From an uncultured Streptococcus sp. (GTDB lineage Bacteria; Bacillota; Bacilli; Lactobacillales; Streptococcaceae), in assembly GCF_934229725.1 (NCBI RefSeq), contig NZ_CAKQDX010000010.1: a DNA stretch of 64,000 bases; one strand, written 5' to 3'. The notes beneath the pieces were generated by a model that saw only the letters and a program-made list of their open reading frames with translations, was not told where the DNA came from and made no database searches. The position numbers and the translations under genes are program-made. Below are positions 29,710 through 40,281 of the stretch, in pieces. Each line of letters begins with the position of its first letter. The stretch's first letter is position 1.

Positions 29710-30236
29710 TAAATTCCTTTGTCGAAGGTCATAGGACCATAAGCTTTTTCAATCTTTTTCCACATGCGGCGTTCACGCCAACGGTTAAACTTGGTCACCC
29801 AAGAATCAGACTTCACCAAAGGCTTAACCAAAATCGAGCGAATACCTGCTCGGTGGCTGGCCCTAATGTCAGTCATGAGCTGGTCGCCCACCATTACAAC
29901 CTCTTCACGGTTAAAGTGATAGCGCTCAATCGCTTCATTAATCCCCTTGGTAAAAGGTTTCATGGCGCGGCTCACAAAGTCCACATGAAAATTAGCAACC
30001 GCACGTTCGACACGGTCGTGTTTGTTATTAGAGACCACAACCACTGGGATGTCAGCCTCCGTCATCTCATCCAACCAAGCACGTAGCTCAAGCGTTCCAT
30101 CAGGATTGTTCCAAGCAATCAAGGTATTGTCCAAATCAACCAAGACGGCACGAATACCGTGTTCACGTAGCTGGTCAGGTTTCAAATCATAAACAGCCTC
30201 CACCATAAAATGGGGCCTGTAATCGTCTATACTCAT
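29709..30236 (-). CDS. yqeG: YqeG-family HAD phosphatase
   Basis: HAD motif I LVDLDNTL. 175 aa. Immediately upstream of yqeH, overlapping it by 1 nt. Confidence 0.85.
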   Translation of the reverse strand: MSIDDYRPHFMVEAVYDLKPDQLREHGIRAVLVDLDNTLIAWNNPDGTLELRAWLDEMTEADIPVVVVSNNKHDRVERAVANFHVDFVSRAMKPFTKGINEAIERYHFNREEVVMVGDQLMTDIRASHRAGIRSILVKPLVKSDSWVTKFNRWRERRMWKKIEKAYGPMTFDKGI

Positions 30237-30372
30237 TTTTTCTCCAAAATGTTAGTTTACCTCTTATTCTACCATATTTTTAAGGTTTATGTGTGGGACT
30301 TAAGTCCTATTTTTAAGAACAGCCCATACAAGACAATAAGGAAAGAGAGCCAGCAATCACTGAACTCTCCTC

Positions 30373-31290
30373 TTATCTTTGAATTTTTTCTTGTTTTTTA
30401 AGAGCAACTAAATCCTTAAGCGAAATGATGATGACAGCAAAAACAATTAAAAACATTCCAAGCACATCAATGGCAAAGAAGCGGTCTCCCATAATTAATA
30501 CGGTCAAAATGACCGATGCTACGGGTTCTACCGAAGCCAAGAGACTCCCTTTGACAGCTCCAACCATGGTTGTCCCCTTAAGGAAAACGGTGTAAGCAAA
30601 GACTGTCCCAATGAAGACCAATCCAAAAAGTGCTAAGAGATTTCCACCAGTCAAAGAAAGCTTATACTTCCAGGCTTGGATAGCAATCGGAAAGATTAAA
30701 CCACCGAGCAACAGGCCTAAACCAATGACAATCAAACTGCCCCATTTTTCAATAGCCTTAGCAGGCAATAAGATATAAATTGCATAGGTCACCGCCGAAA
30801 AGAGACCCCAGAACAAGCCCAGAGGTGTAATCGCCAGCTCCCTTATCTGACCATGCGTTGCGATGGTAAAGGTTCCCACAATAGCCATGATAATAGCCAC
30901 TAGCTCTGCTGCTGTTGGGAACCTACGATATTTTGCACATACAAAAGCCAGGATGGTAACTGGGGTGACATACTGCAAGACCGTCGCTGTCCCAGCATTA
31001 GTGTATTGAATAGCACTAAGATAGGCGTACTGATTTAGCACCAGACCAAAGAGTCCAAATAAGGCGATACTTACTAAGGTTTTTCTATCTTTAATAGCTT
31101 GTACTAATTTGTCTCGCTGCCTAAAAAAGACCGAAGCCGTTAGTAAAATACCAGACAGAAGCAAACGTAAACTCGTCAAAAGATTGACATTAACACCATG
31201 AGCCATTAGGTATTGACCAGAAACTCCTGAAAATCCCCAGGCAATTCCCGCTGTCAATACCATCAAGCTCCCTTTTAGTTGTTTAGACAT
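30373..31290 (-). CDS. DMT-superfamily (EamA-like) transporter
   Basis: 305-aa protein with about 10 TM helices and two EamA-like halves. Confidence 0.75.
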   Translation of the reverse strand: MSKQLKGSLMVLTAGIAWGFSGVSGQYLMAHGVNVNLLTSLRLLLSGILLTASVFFRQRDKLVQAIKDRKTLVSIALFGLFGLVLNQYAYLSAIQYTNAGTATVLQYVTPVTILAFVCAKYRRFPTAAELVAIIMAIVGTFTIATHGQIRELAITPLGLFWGLFSAVTYAIYILLPAKAIEKWGSLIVIGLGLLLGGLIFPIAIQAWKYKLSLTGGNLLALFGLVFIGTVFAYTVFLKGTTMVGAVKGSLLASVEPVASVILTVLIMGDRFFAIDVLGMFLIVFAVIIISLKDLVALKKQEKIQR

Positions 31291-31365
31291 GTGTTTTCCT
31301 CGATTATGATAATGCTTAATTATTATATCACAGAGTGGATAAGGTAAGCGGTTACTCCATAAAAC

Positions 31366-31749
31366 TTAAGCGGTTTTTCTTGAGGAATTTTCAAGCCACC
31401 AACCGACAATCCAGCCAAAGACTAAAAGATAATTTTCAAGAGCACCCATGGCGTTGACTGAGTGATGATGTTGAAGATAGCTAAGGAAATGATTAGTCCC
31501 AATCCCAAGGCCTCCAATAATCAAAGCTATCAGTACAGCTCTCAGATAAAACCAATCGTACTTGAGATTCACGGCAAGAAGGATGATTAGAACTGCCACG
31601 TTCCAGATACCAATCTCCCTCTGCCAACCAACTGAAATGCAGTACCCCGAGTGACTTCCCATATAGGTTGGGAAAAATAGCTGAAAAATAATAGCACCAG
31701 TCATGGCGAGAATGACGAGGATAAATAGGACTCTTAAGAATTTGTTCAT
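31366..31749 (-). CDS. Small polytopic membrane protein, hypothetical
   Basis: 127 aa with 3-4 TM helices. No recognisable motif. Confidence 0.5.
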   Translation of the reverse strand: MNKFLRVLFILVILAMTGAIIFQLFFPTYMGSHSGYCISVGWQREIGIWNVAVLIILLAVNLKYDWFYLRAVLIALIIGGLGIGTNHFLSYLQHHHSVNAMGALENYLLVFGWIVGWWLENSSRKTA

Positions 31750-31860
31750 GAGGTTGCTCCTGTTTAAAAGATGCTTTATTGAATACCACTAGTATAACAA
31801 AAAACCTAAGTACAACCTAGGTCTCTGAAACCCGTTATAATCTGTCTAAAGAAGACCTTA

Positions 31861-33144
31861 CTATAAACTTGTTCGTTGATCATTAGTACAATAGTTTCCA
31901 ACATAACTCAAGATTTTGGATTTCCAAGGATTACTAATCGCTTTTTCGAAATCCTTTCTTTTAAGTCCCATAGATTTTACAAAAAAATCATCAAATACAT
32001 TTTTAGGCGTAGCAGAATTCAATAACTGTGGTTCAACTTCTCCATTAATAAATGGTTTAAAGATAAGAGAACCTTCTTCGATTTTTAAATCCTCTTCTTT
32101 CTCTATACCATATAATTTGTCACGATATAAAACTCCTTGAAATTGAATACTATTGTCAGACTTATTTAACTTAAATATAAAATCAAAATCTTTAGGATTT
32201 TCGGTCGTCTTGATTATATATTTGTTAATATTCTTGGTAACAAAAACATATTCATATAACATCTGTATTCCGAAAAACAAAAACATTGATATTCCAAATG
32301 CAATTAAAGAAGGAATAATAAAACCTGAAAAATTTTTTGGATAACCTAATTCAAAATTAAAATCCTTATTCCAAAACTTGAATGTGAAAGGATGTTCCTT
32401 AGATAATAAAGTATAATAGACTCTAAGTGCTATTAGGTAGATAAACCATATTATTTTAAAACATGTTTCAAAATAATCATAAACTGGTGTTGTTTCTATT
32501 TTAGATCCATAAAGAAATTGGTTTTGGGTTACAACAAATTCTTTTAAATATGGTAAAAGTAATGGAAGAAACCAAACTAGGATAGTTATTGCACTTTCTG
32601 ATATTTTTCCAGTAGTTGAATCAAGAGAAATGTAAAAGACAAATAAATCAAAAACAAAGAAGGTCGTTACAAAAAATATCAACCCTAAAATAAATCCATC
32701 AAACACAAATTTCGATAATTGATTATCGATTTTTTGGGAAATTGTTTTTCTCTTATAGAGATAACTAAATCCATACATAGTTACTAAAAACAATATTAAC
32801 GAAATAATGACACTGAAATTGCTTTTATGAAAATTAAAAACAACTAAAAAAATAGTAGCAAAAACTTCGAAGAAAAACAAAAACTCAATAAATAAAAATA
32901 AAGCCCTAAATAAACCTATAAAACATTTTTCTATTATCTTTTTATCAGCTAGAAACTGTGATTTGCTATAACAAATCTGATAAAGGTAATAAATTGATGA
33001 TATCAAAACACTTAGAAAAATCCACAGACATAAAATAACATTAAAGTTTAAATTAAAATAATATACTACAACACTTAAAATAAGAAACGAAGTGACCAAC
33101 ACGATTTCAGGGTCAAGGTCAAAATTTTCTAGAAACTTTTTCAT
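31861..33144 (-). CDS. AT-rich polytopic membrane protein with C-terminal soluble domain, hypothetical (likely horizontally acquired)
   Basis: 427 aa from the ATG at 33144 (RBS GGAGGA). About 8 hydrophobic helices in the first 300 aa, very Phe/Ile/Leu/Lys-rich. C-terminal ~130 aa hydrophilic. Markedly lower GC than the flanking gatCAB. Confidence 0.55.
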   Translation of the reverse strand: MKKFLENFDLDPEIVLVTSFLILSVVVYYFNLNFNVILCLWIFLSVLISSIYYLYQICYSKSQFLADKKIIEKCFIGLFRALFLFIEFLFFFEVFATIFLVVFNFHKSNFSVIISLILFLVTMYGFSYLYKRKTISQKIDNQLSKFVFDGFILGLIFFVTTFFVFDLFVFYISLDSTTGKISESAITILVWFLPLLLPYLKEFVVTQNQFLYGSKIETTPVYDYFETCFKIIWFIYLIALRVYYTLLSKEHPFTFKFWNKDFNFELGYPKNFSGFIIPSLIAFGISMFLFFGIQMLYEYVFVTKNINKYIIKTTENPKDFDFIFKLNKSDNSIQFQGVLYRDKLYGIEKEEDLKIEEGSLIFKPFINGEVEPQLLNSATPKNVFDDFFVKSMGLKRKDFEKAISNPWKSKILSYVGNYCTNDQRTSL

Positions 33145-33182
33145 ATAAAAATCCTCCGTTCCTGAGTATACCAAAAAAAACT

Positions 33183-33235
33183 AGTCTATATTCTATTTTC
33201 AACAAAGAATGAGACTAGTTTTTATATTAGAAAAA
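33183..33235 (-). terminator. Putative terminator after gatB (long imperfect hairpin)
   Basis: AACTAGTCT...AGACTAGTT inverted repeat followed on the minus strand by TTTTTTTTGG. The next gene's RBS follows directly. Confidence 0.45.
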
Positions 33236-33240
33236 ATGTA

Positions 33241-34683
33241 TTACTCTTCTTTCAACTTCGCCAATTCTTGGGCAAGTAACTTGAGGGCTACTTGTGGGTT
33301 GGCTTGGCCTTTGGTTGCTTTCATGAGGAAACCTGTGAAGGCCTTGTCAGCGTTACGTTTACCTGACTTGAAGTCGGCTACGGCTGCTTCATTGTCTGCA
33401 AAGACTTGGTGGATGATTGGAATCAAGACTTCAGGGTCTGAAATCTGTACCAAGCCAGCTTTTTCGACGTATTCACGCGCACCGCCACCGTTTTTCGCCA
33501 AGTGAACGAAGACTTTCTTGGCAATCTTAGATGAGATGGTGCCATCTTCGATGATGGCAATCATTTCTACCAAGTTTTCTGGTGTCAACTTGATTTCTTC
33601 AAGCGTTTTACCTTCTGCATTCAAGAATTGAGCGACTTCACCTTGGATCCAGTTAGACACTTGTTTGGCATCTCCACCAAGGGCCACGGCTGCTTCAAAG
33701 AAGTCAGAAGTGACTTTCGTCGCTGTCAATTGGTTGGCATCATAGTCAGACAAGCCAAGCTCTGCTACATAGCGAGCACGACGGTCTTTTGGAAACTCTG
33801 GCAACTCTGTACGCATTTCCTCAATCCACTCATCTGAGATTTCAAACAAGGGAAGATCTGGTTCTGGGAAGTATCGGTAATCCGCTGCTCCTTCTTTAAC
33901 ACGCATGAGAATAGTGCTCTTGTGGGCTTCATCGTAACGGCGTGTTTCTTGACGAATGACACCACCTGAGCGCAAGATTTTCGCTTGGCGTTGCACCTCA
34001 TACTCAAGACCTTTACGGACGTTTGAGAAGGAGTTCAAGTTTTTCAACTCTGTCTTGGTACCAAATTCCTCTTGACCGTATGGGCGAAGAGAAATGTTGG
34101 CATCCACACGCATGGATCCTTCTTCCATCTTCACATCAGAAATGCCTGTGTACTGGATGACTTCTTTCAATGCTGTCAAATAAGCATAGGCTTCTTCAGG
34201 AGAACGCATATCAGCTTCAGATACGATTTCAATCAATGGCACCCCTTGACGGTTAAGGTCTACATAAGAGAAACCGTCTGGGCTGTGGGTATTCTTACCG
34301 GCATCTTCTTCCAAGTGGGCACGTTCAATCCCGATTTTCTTAGTTGAGCCGTCTTCCAATTGCACTTCAATCCAACCCTTGTAGCCGATAGGCTCATCAA
34401 ATTGCGAAATTTGGTAAGCCTTTGGATTATCAGGGTAGAAATAGTTCTTACGGTCAAAGTGCATGTGCTGGTGGATATCCATATTCAAGGCCAAAGCAGC
34501 CTTGATCCCAGCGTCCACAACACCCTTGTTCAAGACAGGAAGGACCCCTGGGAAAGACCAGTCAATTACATTAGTATTAGCATTTTGCTCATTCCCAAAG
34601 TGAGCAGAGGTTGGTGAGAAAATTTTTGAATTTGTATTCAATTCAACGTGGACTTCAAGTCCGATGACTGTTTCAAAGTTCAT
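33241..34683 (-). CDS. gatB: Asp-tRNA(Asn)/Glu-tRNA(Gln) amidotransferase subunit B
   Basis: 480 aa. [22 protein letters not shown]... canonical GatB N-terminus. Confidence 0.95.
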   Translation of the reverse strand: MNFETVIGLEVHVELNTNSKIFSPTSAHFGNEQNANTNVIDWSFPGVLPVLNKGVVDAGIKAALALNMDIHQHMHFDRKNYFYPDNPKAYQISQFDEPIGYKGWIEVQLEDGSTKKIGIERAHLEEDAGKNTHSPDGFSYVDLNRQGVPLIEIVSEADMRSPEEAYAYLTALKEVIQYTGISDVKMEEGSMRVDANISLRPYGQEEFGTKTELKNLNSFSNVRKGLEYEVQRQAKILRSGGVIRQETRRYDEAHKSTILMRVKEGAADYRYFPEPDLPLFEISDEWIEEMRTELPEFPKDRRARYVAELGLSDYDANQLTATKVTSDFFEAAVALGGDAKQVSNWIQGEVAQFLNAEGKTLEEIKLTPENLVEMIAIIEDGTISSKIAKKVFVHLAKNGGGAREYVEKAGLVQISDPEVLIPIIHQVFADNEAAVADFKSGKRNADKAFTGFLMKATKGQANPQVALKLLAQELAKLKEE

Positions 34684-36149
34684 TAATTGTCACCTCCAAA
34701 AATCACGGGTTGTTGCTTGTGATAATCCGTTGTTGCTTCAAAAGCAGCTGCAGCTTGATAGATCGTTTCTTCAGAATACTTAGGACCAATCAACTGCAAA
34801 CCAACTGGAAGTCCTTGCGCAAAACCTGCAGGAATCGAAATTCCTGGAAGACCTGCCAAGTTGACTGGGATGGTCAAGAGGTCTGCTAAGTACATAGCAA
34901 CCGGATCATGGTTGAGCGAATCCAAATCAAAGGCCACGCTTGGAGCTGTTGGACCAAGGATGAGGTCGTAATCCGCAAAGACTTTTTCAAAATCTTGGAT
35001 AATAAGGGTACGGACTTGACCAGCTTTCTTGTAGTAAGCATCGTAGTAACCAGATGACAAACTAAAGGTACCCAGCATGATACGGCGTTTAACCTCATCA
35101 CCAAAGCCTTGGCTACGAGTGTTCACATAGATGTCATCCAGGTTCTTGGCATCTTCCGCACGGAAACCATAGCGAATCCCGTCGAAACGTTGCAAGTTTG
35201 AAGAAGCTTCAGATGAAGCGATGATGTAGTAGACAGCAACCCCATATTTAGAATGAGGCAGGCTGACTTCTTCGACAGTTGCTCCCAATTTTTCAAAATG
35301 TTTGGCCGCATTTAGGATGGTTTCTTTGACTTCTGGATCAATTCCTTCCCCAAGGTATTCTTTCGGAAGGGCAATCTTCATTCCTTTAATGTCTTGACCA
35401 ATCTTAGAAGTAAAGTCAGCTACACGAACAGGTGCAGAAGTTGAATCTTTAGTATCTTCACTGGCAATCACATTGAGCAATTGGGCATTTTCCTTGACGG
35501 TCTGTGAGAAGGTACCAATCTGGTCAAGTGAGTTACCAAAAGCAATGAGACCAAATCGTGAAACAGTTCCGTAGGTTGGTTTAAGACCAACAATCCCGTT
35601 AAAAGCTGCTGGCTGGCGGATAGAACCACCTGTGTCTGAACCAAGTGACAAGCGGACTTGTCCTGAAGCGACAGAAGCTGCTGAACCACTAGAAGATCCA
35701 CCAGGAACCTTGCTGTGGTCCCAAGCATTTTTGGCTGGTCCATAGTAAGATGTTTCACCAGATCCACCCATAGCAAATTCATCCATGTTGGTCTTCCCGA
35801 TGACAATCATATCTTTGGCTTTCGCATTGGCAACCGCTGTCGCATCAAAGATTGGCTCGTAGTTATAAAGCATTTTTGAAGCCGCAGTCGTCAAGATACC
35901 ATCAGTAGAGATGTTGTCTTTGACTGCGAGTGGAATCCCTGACATGAGGTTGTCGGCATCGATTCCTTTTTCGTCAATGGCCTTGGCTTGCGCAAGGGCA
36001 GCTTCTTCTGCTACTGTCACAAAGGCATTGACTGCTTCTTCACGCGCCTTGATATCGTCAAGCGTTGCTTGGGTCAATTCGGTTGCTGAAATTTCCTTAG
36101 AGACAAGGAGGTCGTGCAACTCTTCAATGGTTTTATGGTTGAATGACAT
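34683..36149 (-). CDS. gatA: Asp-tRNA(Asn)/Glu-tRNA(Gln) amidotransferase subunit A
   Basis: 488 aa. Amidase signature [14 protein letters not shown]. Confidence 0.95.
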   Translation of the reverse strand: MSFNHKTIEELHDLLVSKEISATELTQATLDDIKAREEAVNAFVTVAEEAALAQAKAIDEKGIDADNLMSGIPLAVKDNISTDGILTTAASKMLYNYEPIFDATAVANAKAKDMIVIGKTNMDEFAMGGSGETSYYGPAKNAWDHSKVPGGSSSGSAASVASGQVRLSLGSDTGGSIRQPAAFNGIVGLKPTYGTVSRFGLIAFGNSLDQIGTFSQTVKENAQLLNVIASEDTKDSTSAPVRVADFTSKIGQDIKGMKIALPKEYLGEGIDPEVKETILNAAKHFEKLGATVEEVSLPHSKYGVAVYYIIASSEASSNLQRFDGIRYGFRAEDAKNLDDIYVNTRSQGFGDEVKRRIMLGTFSLSSGYYDAYYKKAGQVRTLIIQDFEKVFADYDLILGPTAPSVAFDLDSLNHDPVAMYLADLLTIPVNLAGLPGISIPAGFAQGLPVGLQLIGPKYSEETIYQAAAAFEATTDYHKQQPVIFGGDN

Positions 36150-36451
36150 TAGGCATCTCCTCCATCTTCTAGGATAGCTGGTACCTTGATGTAGTAGTTA
36201 TCTTTTTCAGGTACATTTTTAAACAAACGGTCACGGTCCGTCCCTTTTTCAGCAACATCCGGACGCAATACAGTCTTGCGGTCAGCCATGGTCGTTGTTG
36301 GAGCAACACCCGTTGTGTCCACTTCTTCCAACAATTCCACCATGTCAACAATTTTAGACAAGGTTGTCGCAAACTCAGCTGTCTCTTCTGGAGAGAATTT
36401 CAATTTTGAAAGATTGGCAACGTGGGTTACCTCTTCTTGCGTAATTTTCAT
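36149..36451 (-). CDS. gatC: Asp-tRNA(Asn)/Glu-tRNA(Gln) amidotransferase subunit C
   Basis: [41 protein letters not shown]... typical GatC. ATG at 36451 has RBS AAAGGAAG. Overlaps gatA by 1 nt. Confidence 0.9.
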   Translation of the reverse strand: MKITQEEVTHVANLSKLKFSPEETAEFATTLSKIVDMVELLEEVDTTGVAPTTTMADRKTVLRPDVAEKGTDRDRLFKNVPEKDNYYIKVPAILEDGGDA

Positions 36452-36602
36452 CTTGCTTCCTTTCGTGAAATGATGATTTTTCAATACCTTCTATTTTATC
36501 ATAATTTCGGCTAATTTGCTTAGAGGATAAAAAATCTGTAGTAACTTTTTTGTCACTACAGATACCATAGGTTTAGCTTAAACAACAATATTTGAAAGAT
36601 AG

Positions 36603-38075
36603 TTAGTCTATGGCTACCAAGAGCTTTCTCCAAGCTTCTAGAATTTCTGGCTTCAGGTATTTTTTTGCCAAATCGTACGAAGCTTGATGCATGGACTCAA
36701 GATTGCTTTCTAAGACTGCTACAATCTTATCCGCCATGTCAGAAACAAGCAAATCCTCATCCATGGTCTCATCATAAGGAACCAAATAACCGTTCTTTCC
36801 GTCTTTGATAAAGGTCGGATTCCCATAACGGGCATCAAAACCAACCAAGGCAAGACCAGCTCCAACTGCTTCCATCAGGGTCAAACCAAAGGTCTCCCAC
36901 TGAGAGGTCGTCACATAAAGTTCATATTGTGGATAAATCTGTTGCAAGTTCGCATGACCTCTTAGATGGATATAACTACCTGCTCCAAGATCATCAATCA
37001 GGTGTTCCAGATTTTCTTGTTCGACACCCTTACCATAGATATCAAACTGAAGATCAGGCACTTTGTCATGGGCCAGGGCAACCGCTCTTACGGCTAGATC
37101 CAGCCGTTTGCGTGGGTCTAATCGAGAGGCCGTTATCAAACTAAGGGGCTTTCTCTGACCATCTGGATAACTAAGACTATCCAAGTGACCTACAGGTAGG
37201 GCATAGATAGTAGCATTGTTTAATCCTTGTTTGTGAAGAGTAGTCTCTAGTACTGCTTTTTGTGCTTCAGTCGCTGTGATAAAGAAATCAAACCGCTCGG
37301 CATACTTGAAGATATAGTAATACTCATAGTAGAGTCCACCATTTTTAAACTCATGCTCAGAATGGAAAACAAAACCTAATTTTGCAGGCGAATGAAGCTC
37401 TAAAATTGGTCGTGCAAATGCAATCAAGGCAGCCCTATCTAATAACAGGGTGTCTTCTCGTGTCAAGGAAAGGCGAGCCAAGAAGCGACGCATGACTTCC
37501 GTTTGTGACACTAAAATCTCATTTTCCAACCTATACAACCAAGTAGCTCCCTGCTTGAGTTCTTCAAAAGCAATATGACCATCTTGGTTATGGAAACTTC
37601 TTCTGATGAGGATACCCTTTTCAAAGTATTCTGTAACTAGTTTACGGGTTCCATACCACTCACGCTTCAACAAAATACCATTGGTAATGTAATCGACATA
37701 GCGGACACACCCCTTTTTATAAGGGTCCATTTTAAATATGAGTCTACTTCCATCTGAAAACTCATAAAGGAACTCTGTTTCATCTTGCCTCTTCAAATCC
37801 AGTCGAGTTAACTGGAACTGCTGTTGCAGGGCTCCCACTGTCAACGACGGAATATAACCGTCTTGGTCGGTAAAACAGACATAGGCATGTAGGAATTCTT
37901 CATAGCGATGTCCCAGAGAGAGATAATAATCCAATTTATAGGGTTGAGGCCACGTTGTGAAAACAAATTTAGCAGGCGCATTTAATTCACGTAGCATTAT
38001 GGCTCTGGATGCTTGGGCCACATCAACACCATTAGGCTCATAGCCCACCAGTAGGTTAAAGGTGTAAATCGTCAT
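36603..38075 (-). CDS. GtfA-like GT4 glycosyltransferase (O-GlcNAc transferase of serine-rich-repeat adhesins; GtfE-like paralog)
   Basis: 490 aa. MTIYTFNLLVGYEPNGVDVAQASRAI N-terminus resembles GtfA. GT4 E-x7-E motif ETFGLTLMEAVGAG. Overlaps the GtfB-like gene by 4 nt. Confidence 0.7.
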   Translation of the reverse strand: MTIYTFNLLVGYEPNGVDVAQASRAIMLRELNAPAKFVFTTWPQPYKLDYYLSLGHRYEEFLHAYVCFTDQDGYIPSLTVGALQQQFQLTRLDLKRQDETEFLYEFSDGSRLIFKMDPYKKGCVRYVDYITNGILLKREWYGTRKLVTEYFEKGILIRRSFHNQDGHIAFEELKQGATWLYRLENEILVSQTEVMRRFLARLSLTREDTLLLDRAALIAFARPILELHSPAKLGFVFHSEHEFKNGGLYYEYYYIFKYAERFDFFITATEAQKAVLETTLHKQGLNNATIYALPVGHLDSLSYPDGQRKPLSLITASRLDPRKRLDLAVRAVALAHDKVPDLQFDIYGKGVEQENLEHLIDDLGAGSYIHLRGHANLQQIYPQYELYVTTSQWETFGLTLMEAVGAGLALVGFDARYGNPTFIKDGKNGYLVPYDETMDEDLLVSDMADKIVAVLESNLESMHQASYDLAKKYLKPEILEAWRKLLVAID

Positions 38076-39346
38076 CTTTGTCCCCTTTCCAATTGACTAA
38101 AGAAAGCCATGATTTCTGCCCTCTCAGCCAGTTTTAAAGCCTCTTTTTGAACCTTAAGCGCTCTAGGATAGCCATCTGGTTCCTGCAAAAGTTGGCGGAT
38201 ACTTTGCCCCACTTCCTCCACCGAAGCATAAACAGTTGGTAGGGCCTTATAGTATTGACGGTGAACCGTTGAAGCCAAACCATACAGTAGCTGCTCATTG
38301 GCAATGGCCTCAAGCGTCACATCAGAAACTTCACTGCCATAATTCAAGTCTAAATAAATAGAGCATTCCCTTAGTAATTCTCGATATTTCTCACGACTAA
38401 TTCCAGGATAAAGATGGACATTTGTCTTTTCCTCCAAGCAAATCAATTTAGGCCCCATACTAGTTAGGGCTGCAATGTGAAAGGCAATATCCGGAAATTT
38501 ATCAACTAAACCAGCTAGTCCCTCAATATTTTCCGAAGCAGTCATGACCATAGCTTGAGGAACAAAAGAATGAGCCCCTTCTTGTTCTGCACCAGAGAGA
38601 TAAATCAATCCCGGTCTACGCTCCTCTTGAGGATAATAATTGGTAATCAAAATATGGCTTAACTGATTTTGGAGATACTCAAGATTATCATGGCTACCAG
38701 AACAATAGACCAGTCGTTCAGATGGTAACAATGGAAGCAAATTAGAATCCATACAAATGATAGTTTCGTCTGACTTCAGAACCTGCCCAAGAACAAACTT
38801 GATTACATCATCCTTGCCTGAGAAAATCGTATCTCTTCCCACAGAACCCTGATGAATCAAATAATCTTCTTGGATATAATGTAATAAGACTTCCTCTTGC
38901 GCACGATTAAAGTAAATATCCATGAGGGCTCGCCCCTCATCATCTAAAAGACGTTGCTTGGTCCGCCACCCATAACGGTTATAGTCATCAATAGCGACAA
39001 CTTTTTCCCCTTGACCAAACCACTCAACCTGCTTGACCGTACGCTCTCTAACATTTTCACGAAAAATAATATTAGCTCGACGATCCTTGCCATCAAAAAG
39101 ATAAGTCGTAATTCCCAAAGTCCAAAGCTCCCAATAAAGAGGAACTGACAAATCGTTAAAAAAGAGAGGTTTGCCTTGATAATCATCCTCAGAGGAATAA
39201 CTAAATGACGATGCTAAACTAATAGTGTTCTCATCTACATCCGTTTCAAAATTAGTGTAGAACACTCGTGATTTCATCCCCAAAGAGTCTAACAATCTTC
39301 TCAGTTTATCCGTCGCTTGACTGGGTTCTTGTGCAATAATGAGCAT
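38072..39346 (-). CDS. GtfB-like glycosylation accessory protein (catalytically degenerate GT partner of GtfA; GtfF-like)
   Basis: 424 aa. No E-x7-E motif. Length and pairing with a GtfA-like gene. Here it lies upstream of its GtfA-like partner. Confidence 0.6.
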   Translation of the reverse strand: MLIIAQEPSQATDKLRRLLDSLGMKSRVFYTNFETDVDENTISLASSFSYSSEDDYQGKPLFFNDLSVPLYWELWTLGITTYLFDGKDRRANIIFRENVRERTVKQVEWFGQGEKVVAIDDYNRYGWRTKQRLLDDEGRALMDIYFNRAQEEVLLHYIQEDYLIHQGSVGRDTIFSGKDDVIKFVLGQVLKSDETIICMDSNLLPLLPSERLVYCSGSHDNLEYLQNQLSHILITNYYPQEERRPGLIYLSGAEQEGAHSFVPQAMVMTASENIEGLAGLVDKFPDIAFHIAALTSMGPKLICLEEKTNVHLYPGISREKYRELLRECSIYLDLNYGSEVSDVTLEAIANEQLLYGLASTVHRQYYKALPTVYASVEEVGQSIRQLLQEPDGYPRALKVQKEALKLAERAEIMAFFSQLERGQR

Positions 39347-39396
39347 AGTTATCCTTTCTAACTATTTCAAGCAATAAATAGCTTTAAGCTATCCCT

Positions 39397-40278
39397 TTAT
39401 TGCTCCAGAAATCTCAAGTTGACCTTCGCTGTCTGATAGGTCTCCGTATCTTGAAGATTGGCTTCTTCCAATTTTTCAATGGCACGCTTCAAACGAGTCT
39501 TATAAATGTAACGATGCCATGTTAAATCATAACCCAACATGCCTAGCAGTGCTAATTTTTCATTTTTAGCTTCCATCTCATCTAAGACACGCTTTTCCGT
39601 CCAGACCTGCGACAAGGTATCCTTGCGCCCTACTCGATACCAGTAGATACATTTTTCAGTGTGAATCACACGATTAGCCTTTAACAAGAGCTTATACATA
39701 AGGAAGTTGTCTTCGACATTCTTTCCAACCGGAAAACGCAGGTCCTCAAATAAGGAGATTTTGTAGAGCTTCATCATGGCACAGGCCCAAGCCATATCTC
39801 TTGTCTCTTGAATAGCATCATGATCGATAATATCCCTTCCCTCATAAAGGGTTTCAGAATAATCATCTTCTGTCAGCTTAATCAAAAACTTACTCGTACT
39901 ATCGTTAAACAAATTATAATTGCCAGTAGAAACATCTGCCTCATACTTTTTCAGCTGATCATACAAGGTCTCCACATAATCTTCCGTTACCCAATCATCT
40001 GGGTCTACAAAAGTAATATAGTCGCCTGTAGCCAAGTCAATCCCCGTATTTCGAGCTGCAGATAAGCCACCATTAACTTGTCGGACATAGCGAATACGTG
40101 AATCTTGCTTGAAGAATTCCTTGCAAATGGCTTCTGAATGATCAGGAGAACCATCATTAACAAGAATGATTTCAAGATGAGGATAGGTCTGGTTAACTAT
40201 CGTTTCCAAACACTTCCGTAAATAAGCTTCCACATTATAAATGGGAATAACAATACTAACTACTTCTTTATTTTCCAT
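39397..40278 (-). CDS. GT2-family glycosyltransferase
   Basis: N-terminus VSIVIPIYNVEAYLRKCLETIVNQTY...VNDGS and DxD motif FVDPDD. Confidence 0.85.
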   Translation of the reverse strand: MENKEVVSIVIPIYNVEAYLRKCLETIVNQTYPHLEIILVNDGSPDHSEAICKEFFKQDSRIRYVRQVNGGLSAARNTGIDLATGDYITFVDPDDWVTEDYVETLYDQLKKYEADVSTGNYNLFNDSTSKFLIKLTEDDYSETLYEGRDIIDHDAIQETRDMAWACAMMKLYKISLFEDLRFPVGKNVEDNFLMYKLLLKANRVIHTEKCIYWYRVGRKDTLSQVWTEKRVLDEMEAKNEKLALLGMLGYDLTWHRYIYKTRLKRAIEKLEEANLQDTETYQTAKVNLRFLEQ

Positions 40279-40281
40279 TGA

